In this document: positions 39,163-48,980 of the stretch, in pieces | How positions within the stretch are numbered: the stretch's first letter is position 1 | How the letters are laid out: each line of letters opens with the position of its first letter | Origin: Bacteroidales bacterium | GTDB lineage: Bacteria > Bacteroidota > Bacteroidia > Bacteroidales > UBA12077 | Reading direction: 5' to 3' | Assembly: GCA_027859205.1 (NCBI GenBank) | Contig: JAQIBH010000018.1 | Coordinates: forward strand, 404 to 64,403 | Length of the DNA: 64,000 nucleotides | Notes under the pieces: generated by a model | Told to the model about the DNA's origin: nothing | Seen by the model: the letters and a program-made list of their open reading frames with translations, nothing else | Databases searched by the model: none | Program-made: the position numbers and the translations under genes

Positions 39163-39579
39163 ATGGAATCATTGATCTTAAAATCTTTGTCGGATTTAAA
39201 TATTGTTGCCGATAAATTTCTTCGATTGTTGCGGGAGAAAAAGGTTTTTGCCTTTTTTGGTTCAATGGGTGTTGGGAAAACAACTTTTATTAAAGCATTA
39301 TGCAATGAATTAGGTGTTGTTGAGATTGTTACAAGTCCTACATTTGCATTAATAAACGAGTATCAAACTGGTGAGGGCGATACAATTTATCATTTCGATT
39401 TTTACAGAATTAATAAGATTGAGGAAGTATATGATTTTGGTTATGAAGATTATTTTTTCTCTGGACACTATTGTTTTATTGAATGGCCGGACAAAGTAGC
39501 TGAAATTCTTCCCGATAATGTTGTGTACGTGCAAATGCTTGAAAACGAGGATGGCTCAAGGACTATTAATATTCGTTAA
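39163..39579 (+). CDS. tsaE: tRNA t6A37 biosynthesis ATPase TsaE
   Basis: P-loop GSMGVGKTTFIKAL, SPTFALINEY and HFDFYR motifs. 138 aa. Confidence 0.9.
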   Translation: MESLILKSLSDLNIVADKFLRLLREKKVFAFFGSMGVGKTTFIKALCNELGVVEIVTSPTFALINEYQTGEGDTIYHFDFYRINKIEEVYDFGYEDYFFSGHYCFIEWPDKVAEILPDNVVYVQMLENEDGSRTINIR

Positions 39580-39686
39580 TTTTTTATTAAATAAAGATCA
39601 TTGTACAATAACTTGAAATTCTCAAGTAATTATGTAATTTTGAATGTCTTCATAAGTTTTTAATCACGGGCCAAATCACATTGTAT

Positions 39687-40910
39687 ATGGCAGATAAAAA
39701 AGAAAAATCAGGATATACTTTGGAAAGAACTGGGTTCTTACCTCAGGAAGAAATGCTTGAAATTGGTAAAAAGAAACAGAGCCTTGTAATAGGTATCCCT
39801 AAAGAAAATACTAAATATGAGAGTCGCTTAGGTTTAACTCCCGAAGCTGTCGAAATACTTGTAAATAACGGACACGAGGTTATAATCGAAAAAGGTGCAG
39901 GAATTGCAGCTAATTATACTGATACAGATTACAGCGAACATGGAGCACAAATTGTAGACAATAAAACGGATGTATTTCAGTGTGATATTATTTTGAAAAT
40001 CGCTTCTCCAACAATCAAAGAAATAGAACTTTTTAAAAATAATCAGGTTTTAATATCATCTTTGCATTTTCCTACTCAATCGGAAGAATATATCCGAAAA
40101 TTAATGCAAAAAAGAGTTACTGCAATTTCGTTCGACAGATTAAAAGATAAAGATAATTGTTATCCTGTTGTTCGATCAATGAGTGAGATAGCAGGAATAT
40201 CATCTATTTTAATTGCAGCAGAACATCTTAGTAATGATCATGGTGGTAAAGGCGTTTTACTTGGCGGATTAAGCGGAATAACACCAACCGAGGTTATTAT
40301 TTTAGGTGCAGGAACAGCTGCCGAGTATGCTGCTCAAGCTGCATTAGGATTAGGAGCATTTATAAAAGTTTTTGATTACTCAGTTTCGAAGTTAAAAAGA
40401 TTACAAACGAATCTTTCAAACCGATTATTTACTTCCATTTTTCATCCGAGAGTAATGAAAAAACATTTAAAGTCTGCAGATGTAGTTATTGGCGCAATGC
40501 ATTTGGATGATAAAGGACCACAGTTTCTTATAACAGAAGATATGGTTAAAGAAATGAAGAAAGGAGCTGTAATTGTTGATTTAAGTATTGATCATGGAGG
40601 TTGTATTGAAACTGCCGAATGTAGGAATCATTCAAATCCAGTTTATACAAAGTATGGCGTTATTCATTATTGTGTGCCTAACATTTCTTCACGTGTTGCA
40701 CGTACAGCATCAATTGCTCTAAGCAATGTGTTTAATCCTTTACTTCTGCGTATTGCTGAAGCTGGTGGTGTTCAAAGACAACTTAAAGACGATGTTGGCT
40801 TAAGACACGGTGTATATATTTATAATGGAATATTAACAAATTCAAGAATGGGTAATCACTTTGGTATTTTATCAAAAGACATTGATTTATTGATGGCTGC
40901 GTTTAGCTAG
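39687..40910 (+). CDS. ald: alanine dehydrogenase / PNT-family NAD(H)-binding protein
   Basis: AlaDH/PNT N-terminal block (ESRLGLTPEAVEILVNNGHEVIIEKGAG) and Rossmann GAGTAAEYAA. The ORF opens at TTG 39681; ATG 39687 is preferred. Confidence 0.75.
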   Translation: MADKKEKSGYTLERTGFLPQEEMLEIGKKKQSLVIGIPKENTKYESRLGLTPEAVEILVNNGHEVIIEKGAGIAANYTDTDYSEHGAQIVDNKTDVFQCDIILKIASPTIKEIELFKNNQVLISSLHFPTQSEEYIRKLMQKRVTAISFDRLKDKDNCYPVVRSMSEIAGISSILIAAEHLSNDHGGKGVLLGGLSGITPTEVIILGAGTAAEYAAQAALGLGAFIKVFDYSVSKLKRLQTNLSNRLFTSIFHPRVMKKHLKSADVVIGAMHLDDKGPQFLITEDMVKEMKKGAVIVDLSIDHGGCIETAECRNHSNPVYTKYGVIHYCVPNISSRVARTASIALSNVFNPLLLRIAEAGGVQRQLKDDVGLRHGVYIYNGILTNSRMGNHFGILSKDIDLLMAAFS

Positions 40911-43900
40911 AAAAAGGCCCTTAGTTGAAGACTACCTGTGTGTATAGTTTTAATATTTTCTGAAACACGACCATTATAAAATATATTAAGTTCAAGATAT
41001 TGTGCTAATTTCTTTTGAAACATTAAGCTCCAGGTTGCATTATTACCGGGTTTTAATCCTTGCAACATTTCATATGCAATTGAAGTATTTGGATCGGCAT
41101 TATAATTAATATCAAAATAATCTCCTTTAGCAAGCAAATTACTTTTCTTAGTTACCGAATAATTTATTTCTCCTCCAATATTATGCGAAAAACTTTTTTC
41201 TTGCGATAAAGTGTTCTTTTTGTCTGTATATAAGTATTTTAATTCAATTTTTGTTTGAAAGCCTGGCTGATATTGTATTTTAATTTCATTACTAATGTTT
41301 TTAATATTGTAGTTTTTCGAACTAAAAAATTCTGAACTATTCTTTTTATCTCCTAGCTCAAAATAGTTTTGAAGATTTACATCTTCTATGAATCTCCATC
41401 GTAACCTGATTCCATTTAGAAGTTTTTCACGCTCATCAAAGCCGTTCGAAAGTAAAATTTTATTAGTGTTTTGTTTAAAGATGTAATCTACTCCAAATTT
41501 AAAACCCGATCGGTTAAATGATAAAGTATTTCTCACGCTTTCGTTTAAACTTATAATTGAACTATCGTTCGATGTTGAGTAAAATGGGTTTAAACTGTGA
41601 GTTAAATTTTCGTCAGTTGATTTTTGATTTACTTGGTAGGCAAGACTATTTGAAAATCGTGATAATACTTTTCTAATACCTTTCTTTGATTTCCAAACTG
41701 CTTCTGGCCTTATATTTATTACTTGACTAAATTCATTTTTATAGGTTTTTATGTATTCGGTTCCGGGAGTATAAATTCTAATATAATTTGCTTGATCTTG
41801 AAACTGTGCAATCTCAAATTCATCTAATTCTGCTATTCCATTACTATTATAATCAACCCAATTATAAATTCCTTGTCCGGCAGAAACTTTAATATATGAG
41901 AATTCTCTTGTTGGTTCAAGACCCGAGCCAGCTTCATAAAATGTTAATGATGAAATAGTTCCTTTAAATAATCTAAGATTATAATTTATTCTTCCGGTTA
42001 TCGTATTTTCTTCTTTTTGCTGTATTAATGATGTGTCTTTTATTTCTAAATTTCGATAAGTAAAAATTGCTTTTAGAATACTTGATGGATTTTTTAATAA
42101 ACCAAATCCCACTTGAATATCTTCTGATCTTGAACTTTGTTTAAGATTATTCTGAATAGGAATAAAATCATCTCTAAGCTTATAGCTTATCGAATAATTG
42201 TTAATGGTAGAATCTGGATTTTCAATATAAAACCGATATGACGAAAAGCTAAAGCTATTATTTATTAAGCTATCGGTATTGTTATTTTTCCAAATGTTTT
42301 GTTCTAGTTCATTTTCAAATCCTACTTTGAATGTTTTAAATGATTTATTTAAATCAGCTAGATATCTTATAAACTGTGTATTCTTCTGCGTTGAATTGGT
42401 GTTTAGTAAACTGGAATTAAAATTAAGAGAATATCCTAACTTCGTGGCCGATGTATTAAAAAGATGTTTGTAACCTGTATATTCATTGTCACTTGTTAAT
42501 ATTTCAAATCCATAATTGCTTTGCAAGGATCTTTTGTAACGATATAATAAATTAATATTAGCAAAGTGTTCATCTTGCATTAGCGGAGCTTGTAAATTCC
42601 AATCCCTTTCGAATTCAACAGATCTAAATCTCTCTATTGGTATAAAGTTTTTATTAATAATTTGATATGCAATAGTTGATTTGAGTGAATTTTTAACCGT
42701 ATCCTTTTTTAAAATATTTTTTTGAATTCCTATTTTAAGTGCATATCCATTATTGTCGCCTGCATCTACTGTCGAAAATGTATTTAAATCGTAATTGCTT
42801 AAGGCAAATTCAAAATTGGTTTGAGTATTTTTATTAAGTTTCAGATTCCCCCCAACACTAAGCATTTGCTGTTTTTTAGGTGCAATTAATAAACGTACAG
42901 GTGCATAATTGCCTTGCGGAACGCCTGTAATTGGCGCAATCCACTCAAAAACTTTTCCGTTTGCCGAATTTTGTATTTGCACATAATTTCCTTTATTGTC
43001 TCCAACTAAACTAAAACCTAATTGATATATGGCAAGTGCCGGGTCTATTGAATATTCGTAGATCGTATAATTAGTTGTATTTATTAAAGTATCTTTTTTA
43101 GCATATAAAACATAATCATTTCTGAACTCAACACTATCAACATTAGGAACAAAAGCATTTTCAATATCATCGCCCGACACAGAAAGCAAACGTTTTTGCT
43201 CATCGGTTAAGTCTTGATTTATTTCTTGATTTTTGCTGTCTTGCTCTGAATAAATGTTTACCCAGAAATTTCCATTTTTAGTTTTTATATCATTGGCACT
43301 ATATATCATAAACCGGGCAAAGCTTCTCTCAGAGTATTCAAATTCAATAGCTATTCTAGAGTCTTTGGTAATTGGCCTGTTTGCCGTGAAAGTTATCTCT
43401 CCGGTATTGTAATCAATTATATAGTCATATTCCTTACCCCGGGTTTGAATCTTTCCATTAACATAAACTTTTTCTGTGCCTGCAAAAATTATAATATACT
43501 GTTCGTTTTCGCAGCCTGTTAATTTGTATGGTCCTTGATTCCCTTCTTGACCATTATAAGTTTTTCTGCAATATTTCCCCTTTGTAACTGCACCACTTAT
43601 AGTTGTGCTTACACTATTTGATTTGTTTTTTTTGCTTTTAATTGTAGTGGTTAATAAACCTCCTTGTGCTTTTTTATTAATATTCATAAAATATCCCGAG
43701 GGTTTATAGATTTCAAAATCTCCAGCAATTAATTTGGTTTTTTCGTTATATAATTGAATAAAAACCTTGTCGAAATCTTGAATTTGTTGCGAATTTCCAT
43801 CGGGTTGAATTGGGATGTTTTCGTCCGAAATGGCGGCTAATATGTGCATATCATCACCAATTTTTCCAGACATTTGAAAATTAAGGTTTGAGTTTATAAC

Positions 43901-44362
43901 AGCATCCTGATTATTCCCGATCGTTATTCCTCGCGCAATACTTCCTTGTTTATTTATTTGATTACTCGAAAAGAAATTGTTTTGAATTCCTGCTTGATTT
44001 GTTGTTGCTCTGGTTAAGACTGGACCAACAATAACTATTTCTTCTTTATTTCTGTTGAAATATGGTTCCGTAAAATTTACCGGAAACACTCTGTATGATA
44101 CATATATAGTAGAATTCTCTGTTAATCTTATACTGAGGAGGTTTATATTGGCCTTAGTGTAATCTATTGTATATTCTGATTTTGAGATAATTGAATTGTT
44201 TTCATCAAAAATAATTTCTGAACCAGGAACTATACTTAAAGTATCTAATTGTAACGTATCAGTAAAAGTAGAAAATGATTTAGTGCGCAGATTACTGAGA
44301 TTTTGTGTTTTCGCAGATAAACTTATTATTAATACTAATATTAAAATAAATATTTTTCGCAA
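40907..44362 (-). CDS. large putative outer-membrane beta-barrel protein, family not recognised
   Basis: 1151 aa with a signal peptide (ILILVLIISLSAKTQ), pervasive alternating-residue beta-strand pattern rich in Y/N/S, and the C-terminal aromatic signature ...LQLRAFF. The stop overlaps the ald stop by 4 nt (convergent). Confidence 0.7.
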   Translation of the reverse strand: MRKIFILILVLIISLSAKTQNLSNLRTKSFSTFTDTLQLDTLSIVPGSEIIFDENNSIISKSEYTIDYTKANINLLSIRLTENSTIYVSYRVFPVNFTEPYFNRNKEEIVIVGPVLTRATTNQAGIQNNFFSSNQINKQGSIARGITIGNNQDAVINSNLNFQMSGKIGDDMHILAAISDENIPIQPDGNSQQIQDFDKVFIQLYNEKTKLIAGDFEIYKPSGYFMNINKKAQGGLLTTTIKSKKNKSNSVSTTISGAVTKGKYCRKTYNGQEGNQGPYKLTGCENEQYIIIFAGTEKVYVNGKIQTRGKEYDYIIDYNTGEITFTANRPITKDSRIAIEFEYSERSFARFMIYSANDIKTKNGNFWVNIYSEQDSKNQEINQDLTDEQKRLLSVSGDDIENAFVPNVDSVEFRNDYVLYAKKDTLINTTNYTIYEYSIDPALAIYQLGFSLVGDNKGNYVQIQNSANGKVFEWIAPITGVPQGNYAPVRLLIAPKKQQMLSVGGNLKLNKNTQTNFEFALSNYDLNTFSTVDAGDNNGYALKIGIQKNILKKDTVKNSLKSTIAYQIINKNFIPIERFRSVEFERDWNLQAPLMQDEHFANINLLYRYKRSLQSNYGFEILTSDNEYTGYKHLFNTSATKLGYSLNFNSSLLNTNSTQKNTQFIRYLADLNKSFKTFKVGFENELEQNIWKNNNTDSLINNSFSFSSYRFYIENPDSTINNYSISYKLRDDFIPIQNNLKQSSRSEDIQVGFGLLKNPSSILKAIFTYRNLEIKDTSLIQQKEENTITGRINYNLRLFKGTISSLTFYEAGSGLEPTREFSYIKVSAGQGIYNWVDYNSNGIAELDEFEIAQFQDQANYIRIYTPGTEYIKTYKNEFSQVINIRPEAVWKSKKGIRKVLSRFSNSLAYQVNQKSTDENLTHSLNPFYSTSNDSSIISLNESVRNTLSFNRSGFKFGVDYIFKQNTNKILLSNGFDEREKLLNGIRLRWRFIEDVNLQNYFELGDKKNSSEFFSSKNYNIKNISNEIKIQYQPGFQTKIELKYLYTDKKNTLSQEKSFSHNIGGEINYSVTKKSNLLAKGDYFDINYNADPNTSIAYEMLQGLKPGNNATWSLMFQKKLAQYLELNIFYNGRVSENIKTIHTGSLQLRAFF

Positions 44363-44440
44363 GATTGTAATTTTAGTAATCTAAATATAAGCTATTAAAG
44401 AACGGAAAATAATTGGAAATGTTGAAAAATTAAGTTCAAA

Positions 44441-44480
44441 AAATTAAAAACAAAAAAGGCCTTCTTTGAAGGAAGACCTT
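44441..44480 (-). terminator. orphan minus-strand terminator-like hairpin in the OMP/waaA intergenic region
   Basis: Stem AAGGCCTTC (44456-44464) / GAAGACCTT (44472-44480), 9 bp with one mismatch. The minus strand reads the hairpin and then TTTTGTTTTTAATTTTTT. It sits ~80 nt upstream of the OMP start codon. Confidence 0.4.
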
Positions 44481-44745
44481 TGGGTTAAATTTTAGGGTTA
44501 GGGTATTAATAATTTCTTTTTGCTGGCTAAAAATAAAAAAAAACTTTATAAAACAAGCAGAATAACAATATTTATTAGCTTTTTTATTTTGAAAACTTGA
44601 TTTTAAGTTGCGCACCTTTTATTACTAGCGACTGGAAGTGCCACAAAATCAGACATGTAAAGAAACACACAAATTAATTTTAAAAAATCATACAAAAAAT
44701 AAAATTTCCCCGTTAAATTTGTCTTATTGTTAAAAATTATATTTT

Positions 44746-45984
44746 ATGAGCTTTTTATATTTGTTGGGTATAAAACTATTTCACGGATTAGTACTGTTTG
44801 CTTCTATTTTTAATGCTAAAGCAAAACTATGGATTAACGGAAGAAAGAATATTTTTGAGGATTTAAGTCAAAAAATTCAATCAGATGATAAAATTGCTTG
44901 GTTTCATTGCGCCTCATTAGGTGAATTTGAACAAGGACGTCCTTTAATTGAGGAGTTAAAACGAAAGCATACCGAATATAAAATTCTTTTAACTTTTTTT
45001 TCTCCTTCGGGTTACGAAATTCGAAAGAATTATGAAAATGCAGATTACATTTGCTATTTGCCTCTTGACACACCCAAAAATGCAAAGCAATTTTTAAATA
45101 TTGTAAATCCGCAGTTAATATTTTTTATTAAATACGAGTTTTGGTATTTCTTTTTAAGAGAGATTTGGAAACAAAAAATCCCTTTATACCTGGTTTCCGG
45201 TATTTTTAGAAGAAATCAGCGATTTTTTAAAAAACATGCAGTTCAATCCAGAAAAATGCTAACCTGGTTTACTCATTTCTTTGTTCAAAATGAAGACTCA
45301 AAGCAATTGCTTAATTCAATTAATATTCAAAATGTTTCTGTAACTGGCGATACAAGATTCGACAGGGTTTTTACAATTACTCAACAATCAAAGAAGCTGC
45401 CAATAATAGAGAAATTTGCAAAAAATAATATGGTGCTTATTGCTGGAAGCACATGGAAACCGGATGAAGAAATTATAATTAAGTTTTTTAATGAAAGCAA
45501 TAAGCAATTAAAATTAATTATTGCACCTCACGAAACACATAAAGAAAATATTAACAGAATTATTGGCTTATTCTCTGATAAGAAATTGGTAAAATGTTAT
45601 TCTGAAACTAATGAAGATGAAGTTTCTAATTATAATGTTTTAATAATTGATAGTATTGGAATTTTATCGTCAATTTATAAGTATGGTCAAATTGCATATA
45701 TAGGAGGGGGTTTTGGTAAGGGAATACATAATATTCTTGAGGCTGCTACATTTGGGATGCCAATTATTTTTGGAACTGAGTTTAGGAAATTCCAAGAAGC
45801 TATTGATTTAATAAAGCTTGGTGGAGCTGCATCTATCTCAAATTTTGAAGATTTTCAAAATGTAATTAATACTTACTTTGAAAATAACCAGAAAATTCTT
45901 CAAATGGGAAATGTATGTTCCAAGTATGTTAACGAAATGAAAGGGGCTACAAATAAGATTCTTAATGAAGTTTATGTAAAGTAA
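44746..45984 (+). CDS. waaA: 3-deoxy-D-manno-octulosonic acid (Kdo) transferase
   Basis: WFHCASLGEFEQGRPLIEELK, a hallmark N-terminal block. GT30 layout. 412 aa. Confidence 0.9.
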   Translation: MSFLYLLGIKLFHGLVLFASIFNAKAKLWINGRKNIFEDLSQKIQSDDKIAWFHCASLGEFEQGRPLIEELKRKHTEYKILLTFFSPSGYEIRKNYENADYICYLPLDTPKNAKQFLNIVNPQLIFFIKYEFWYFFLREIWKQKIPLYLVSGIFRRNQRFFKKHAVQSRKMLTWFTHFFVQNEDSKQLLNSINIQNVSVTGDTRFDRVFTITQQSKKLPIIEKFAKNNMVLIAGSTWKPDEEIIIKFFNESNKQLKLIIAPHETHKENINRIIGLFSDKKLVKCYSETNEDEVSNYNVLIIDSIGILSSIYKYGQIAYIGGGFGKGIHNILEAATFGMPIIFGTEFRKFQEAIDLIKLGGAASISNFEDFQNVINTYFENNQKILQMGNVCSKYVNEMKGATNKILNEVYVK

Positions 45985-46118
45985 TTGGTGATATATATCA
46001 TCTTTTATTGGGGATTTTTAGCAAAGTTCCTTATATTGCTACGTTTTTCGAAAAATTAAATTGTATTTATGTTTGTAGACAGGATCAAAATTTTTAAACA
46101 AGAACTATCTTCTTAGAA

Positions 46119-48146
46119 ATGAATCAACTAAGAAAAATCTATTTTTTAATTTGGATGATTTTATCAATTGTTTTATTGATCGGATTTACAAATACCAACC
46201 TGCCTATTGATAAAGAAGATCAAAAGAAACTTGAGAAGGCAAAAAAATTAAATCAAGAAGCACAAGAGCTTTATGATAAAGCAAATGTACTGTTTTCTGA
46301 AATTGCCGATTTAGACATTTCAAATCCTAAAAATGAGAAAAAAGTAAATAGTCTAAAAGAAAAAGCTCTCGATCATCAGATTAATGCATTGGAATTACAA
46401 AAAGAGGCAAATTATTTAGAGTATAATGTTTTTAATAGAATTAAGCCTGAATTAAAATCAAATTATATAAAAACACATGACTTGCCTTCGATGATTCAAT
46501 TACTCGAAGAAAGTGCTAATGAGCTATATTATAAAGCAGAACAGCTACGAAACGAAGCTTATAATACAAATAAAGATGACAAAGAGAATCGTTTTGCAAA
46601 ATTAAATGAAGCCCAGAAGTTTGAAAAGGAAGGTCTTGATAAGCAAAAAGAAATAATTGACATATACTTGGGAAAAACTGTTATTAAAGAGGATTCTCCG
46701 GAAAAAATAACACAAAACGAGAATGTTGAAATAAATGAAGACTTGTTGCAAGCATACATGGATTTTATGGAAGAAGAAGATTCTCAAACTCCAATGGAGT
46801 CTTTTAAAGAATTAATTTCATCGGATTCATTAAGCTCTTCAAATTTCAGAACTACTTGGAATGAATATTTGTACTTAGAAAAAGAAATAATTGAATCAGC
46901 GACTGTTGAACAAGATTCTATATCAGAAATTATTTCAAAAGAGCTAGCTGAACAATATAAGGAACGTGTTGAAACTGAATCTGAAGTTTATGATACAGAA
47001 GAAGAATTAACAGAAAAGGCAATTATTTATAAAATACAAATAGCAGCTGACAAAAAACCCTTGTCGCAAAATGTTTTAAGTAAAATCTATGCTGGCAAAA
47101 AGAATATTAAAATGATAAATGAGAATGGTTGGCATAAATATTCAATTGGTGATTTTAAAACTTTTTCTGAAGCCAACAAATATAGAAAACAAATTGGTGT
47201 TAGCGAAGCTTTTATCGTGGGATACAAGAACGGAATAAAAGTAGACTTATTAGCAGAAAATAAGGAACGAAAAACCTCGAATAATAAAAAAGTTAGTTCA
47301 AATTTATCCGAAGGATTAATATTTAAGATTCAGATAGCCGCAGATAAAAAGAAAATGTCAGAAAGCTCGCTGAAGAATTTATATCAAGGTTCAGAACAAA
47401 TCGATTTAATTGAAGAAGAGGGTTGGTATAAATATTCTGTAGGGAAATTTAATACATACGAAAAAGCTGCAAATTTGAAGAAAACAGTTAAAGCCAAAGG
47501 GTCTTTTGTTGTTGCTTATGATAATGGAGTTAAAATCTCGTTACATGCTGCTAAAAGCGGTAAGCTTAGCGATCGAAAAAGCAATGGGAATATAGTATTT
47601 AAAGTTCAAATTGCTGCTGACACAAAATCATTATCATCCGAATATCTTCACAAAATATATTCAGGTTATGAGAATGTTCATAAATATGAAGAAGATGGCT
47701 GGCATAAATATTCATTAGGAGAATTTGAAACTTTTGACGAAGCCAATAAGTTTAGAGCAAAAAGCGGAGTTAAAGGAGCATTTGTTATTGCATTTCAAGC
47801 TGGGGAAAAAATTAATGTTTTAGCTGCTAAAAAAATGAAGAGATATTTTGATCCAATAATAATTTCAGATTGGTTATCTAAAAACGATCAATTGATGTAT
47901 AAGGTGCAGATTGCTGCAAGCATTAGAAAAATGTCGGCAGATCAGATTAAAAATATATGTTGTATTGAATCGAATGTTTATTTAATAGAAGAAGATGGTT
48001 GGTTTAAATATTCGATAGGGAATTTTGAAAATTATCAAAATGCTGTAAAGATGAAAGAGGAATCTGGCGTTGAAGGAGCATTTATTATTGTATATAAAAA
48101 TGGCGAAAAATTAAGCTTGTCAAGAGCTTTAAATATGTTAAAATAA
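46119..48146 (+). CDS. membrane-anchored coiled-coil protein with four SPOR-like repeats
   Basis: N-terminal TM helix, ~270 aa of charged coiled-coil-like sequence, then four ~90-aa units each beginning (Y/F)K(I/V)QIAA and containing GW(H/Y/F)KYS(I/L/V)G...A(F/S)(I/V)V. Confidence 0.75.
   Translation: MNQLRKIYFLIWMILSIVLLIGFTNTNLPIDKEDQKKLEKAKKLNQEAQELYDKANVLFSEIADLDISNPKNEKKVNSLKEKALDHQINALELQKEANYLEYNVFNRIKPELKSNYIKTHDLPSMIQLLEESANELYYKAEQLRNEAYNTNKDDKENRFAKLNEAQKFEKEGLDKQKEIIDIYLGKTVIKEDSPEKITQNENVEINEDLLQAYMDFMEEEDSQTPMESFKELISSDSLSSSNFRTTWNEYLYLEKEIIESATVEQDSISEIISKELAEQYKERVETESEVYDTEEELTEKAIIYKIQIAADKKPLSQNVLSKIYAGKKNIKMINENGWHKYSIGDFKTFSEANKYRKQIGVSEAFIVGYKNGIKVDLLAENKERKTSNNKKVSSNLSEGLIFKIQIAADKKKMSESSLKNLYQGSEQIDLIEEEGWYKYSVGKFNTYEKAANLKKTVKAKGSFVVAYDNGVKISLHAAKSGKLSDRKSNGNIVFKVQIAADTKSLSSEYLHKIYSGYENVHKYEEDGWHKYSLGEFETFDEANKFRAKSGVKGAFVIAFQAGEKINVLAAKKMKRYFDPIIISDWLSKNDQLMYKVQIAASIRKMSADQIKNICCIESNVYLIEEDGWFKYSIGNFENYQNAVKMKEESGVEGAFIIVYKNGEKLSLSRALNMLK
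47020..48125 (+). repeat. four tandem ~270-300-nt coding repeats (SPOR-like units)
   Basis: The units start near 47020, 47315, 47590 and 47890. They are visible at the protein level (IYKIQIAADKK, IFKIQIAADKK, VFKVQIAADTK, MYKVQIAASIR). Confidence 0.7.
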
Positions 48147-48167
48147 AAATTATTAAAACAATATATC

Positions 48168-48944
48168 ATGAAAACAAGAGCTATTTATACCCTAAAAGTT
48201 GTTGCGCAATTATTAATCGTTGTTACGATGTTATCATCGTGTGTTTCTCAGAAAAAAGTTCAGTTAATGCAAGAAAAATCTGTTGAAGATATTTCTTCTG
48301 GATTTATGAATAATAGAAATACTGCTTATCACCTGCAACCTGGAGATCAGCTGTATGTTAACGTGCATAGTGTTGATCAAAAAACAAGTCGTTTATTCCA
48401 GACCGATTTTCCTAACCCTATGACTCCTACTTATCAGAATTTGAACAGTTTTAGAGTTGAAGAGGATGGCTATATCAATTTTTCATTTATTGATAAAGTT
48501 TATGTAAAAGGTCTTACTGTTAAAGAAGTAAATGATTTACTGCAAAAAACAGTTAACGAATATTTTAAAGAAGCAACTGTTGTTGTTAAGCTTGTTAATT
48601 ATAGAGTTTCGGTTTTAGGCGAAGTTGAAGATCCTGGAACATTTATAATAGAAAATAAACAAATTAATATACTCCAAGCCCTGGCTCAAGCCGGAGGAGC
48701 TAGAAACTTTGCTAATGTTCGAAAAGTAAAATTAGTTCGTCAAACACTTTTAGGATCTGAAATGCATTATTTAGATTTAACAGATAATGGTATTCTACAG
48801 TCTGATCAATTTTATCTTTTGCCGAACGATGTGGTATATGTTGAACCTCTGAAAAGTAAATCATTTGCATTCGACAATTTCCCTTATGCACTTATATTAT
48901 CAACCATATCAACAGCTGCATTAGTTTTTGTTTTGTTTCAATAG
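48168..48944 (+). CDS. wza: polysaccharide export outer-membrane protein (Wza family)
   Basis: Lipoprotein signal (LSSC), PES motif region YHLQPGDQLYVNV, and SVLGEVEDPGTF. Confidence 0.85.
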   Translation: MKTRAIYTLKVVAQLLIVVTMLSSCVSQKKVQLMQEKSVEDISSGFMNNRNTAYHLQPGDQLYVNVHSVDQKTSRLFQTDFPNPMTPTYQNLNSFRVEEDGYINFSFIDKVYVKGLTVKEVNDLLQKTVNEYFKEATVVVKLVNYRVSVLGEVEDPGTFIIENKQINILQALAQAGGARNFANVRKVKLVRQTLLGSEMHYLDLTDNGILQSDQFYLLPNDVVYVEPLKSKSFAFDNFPYALILSTISTAALVFVLFQ

Positions 48945-48980
48945 TGTGATTAATAAGGGTATAAACTTTGTAGTTTAATT

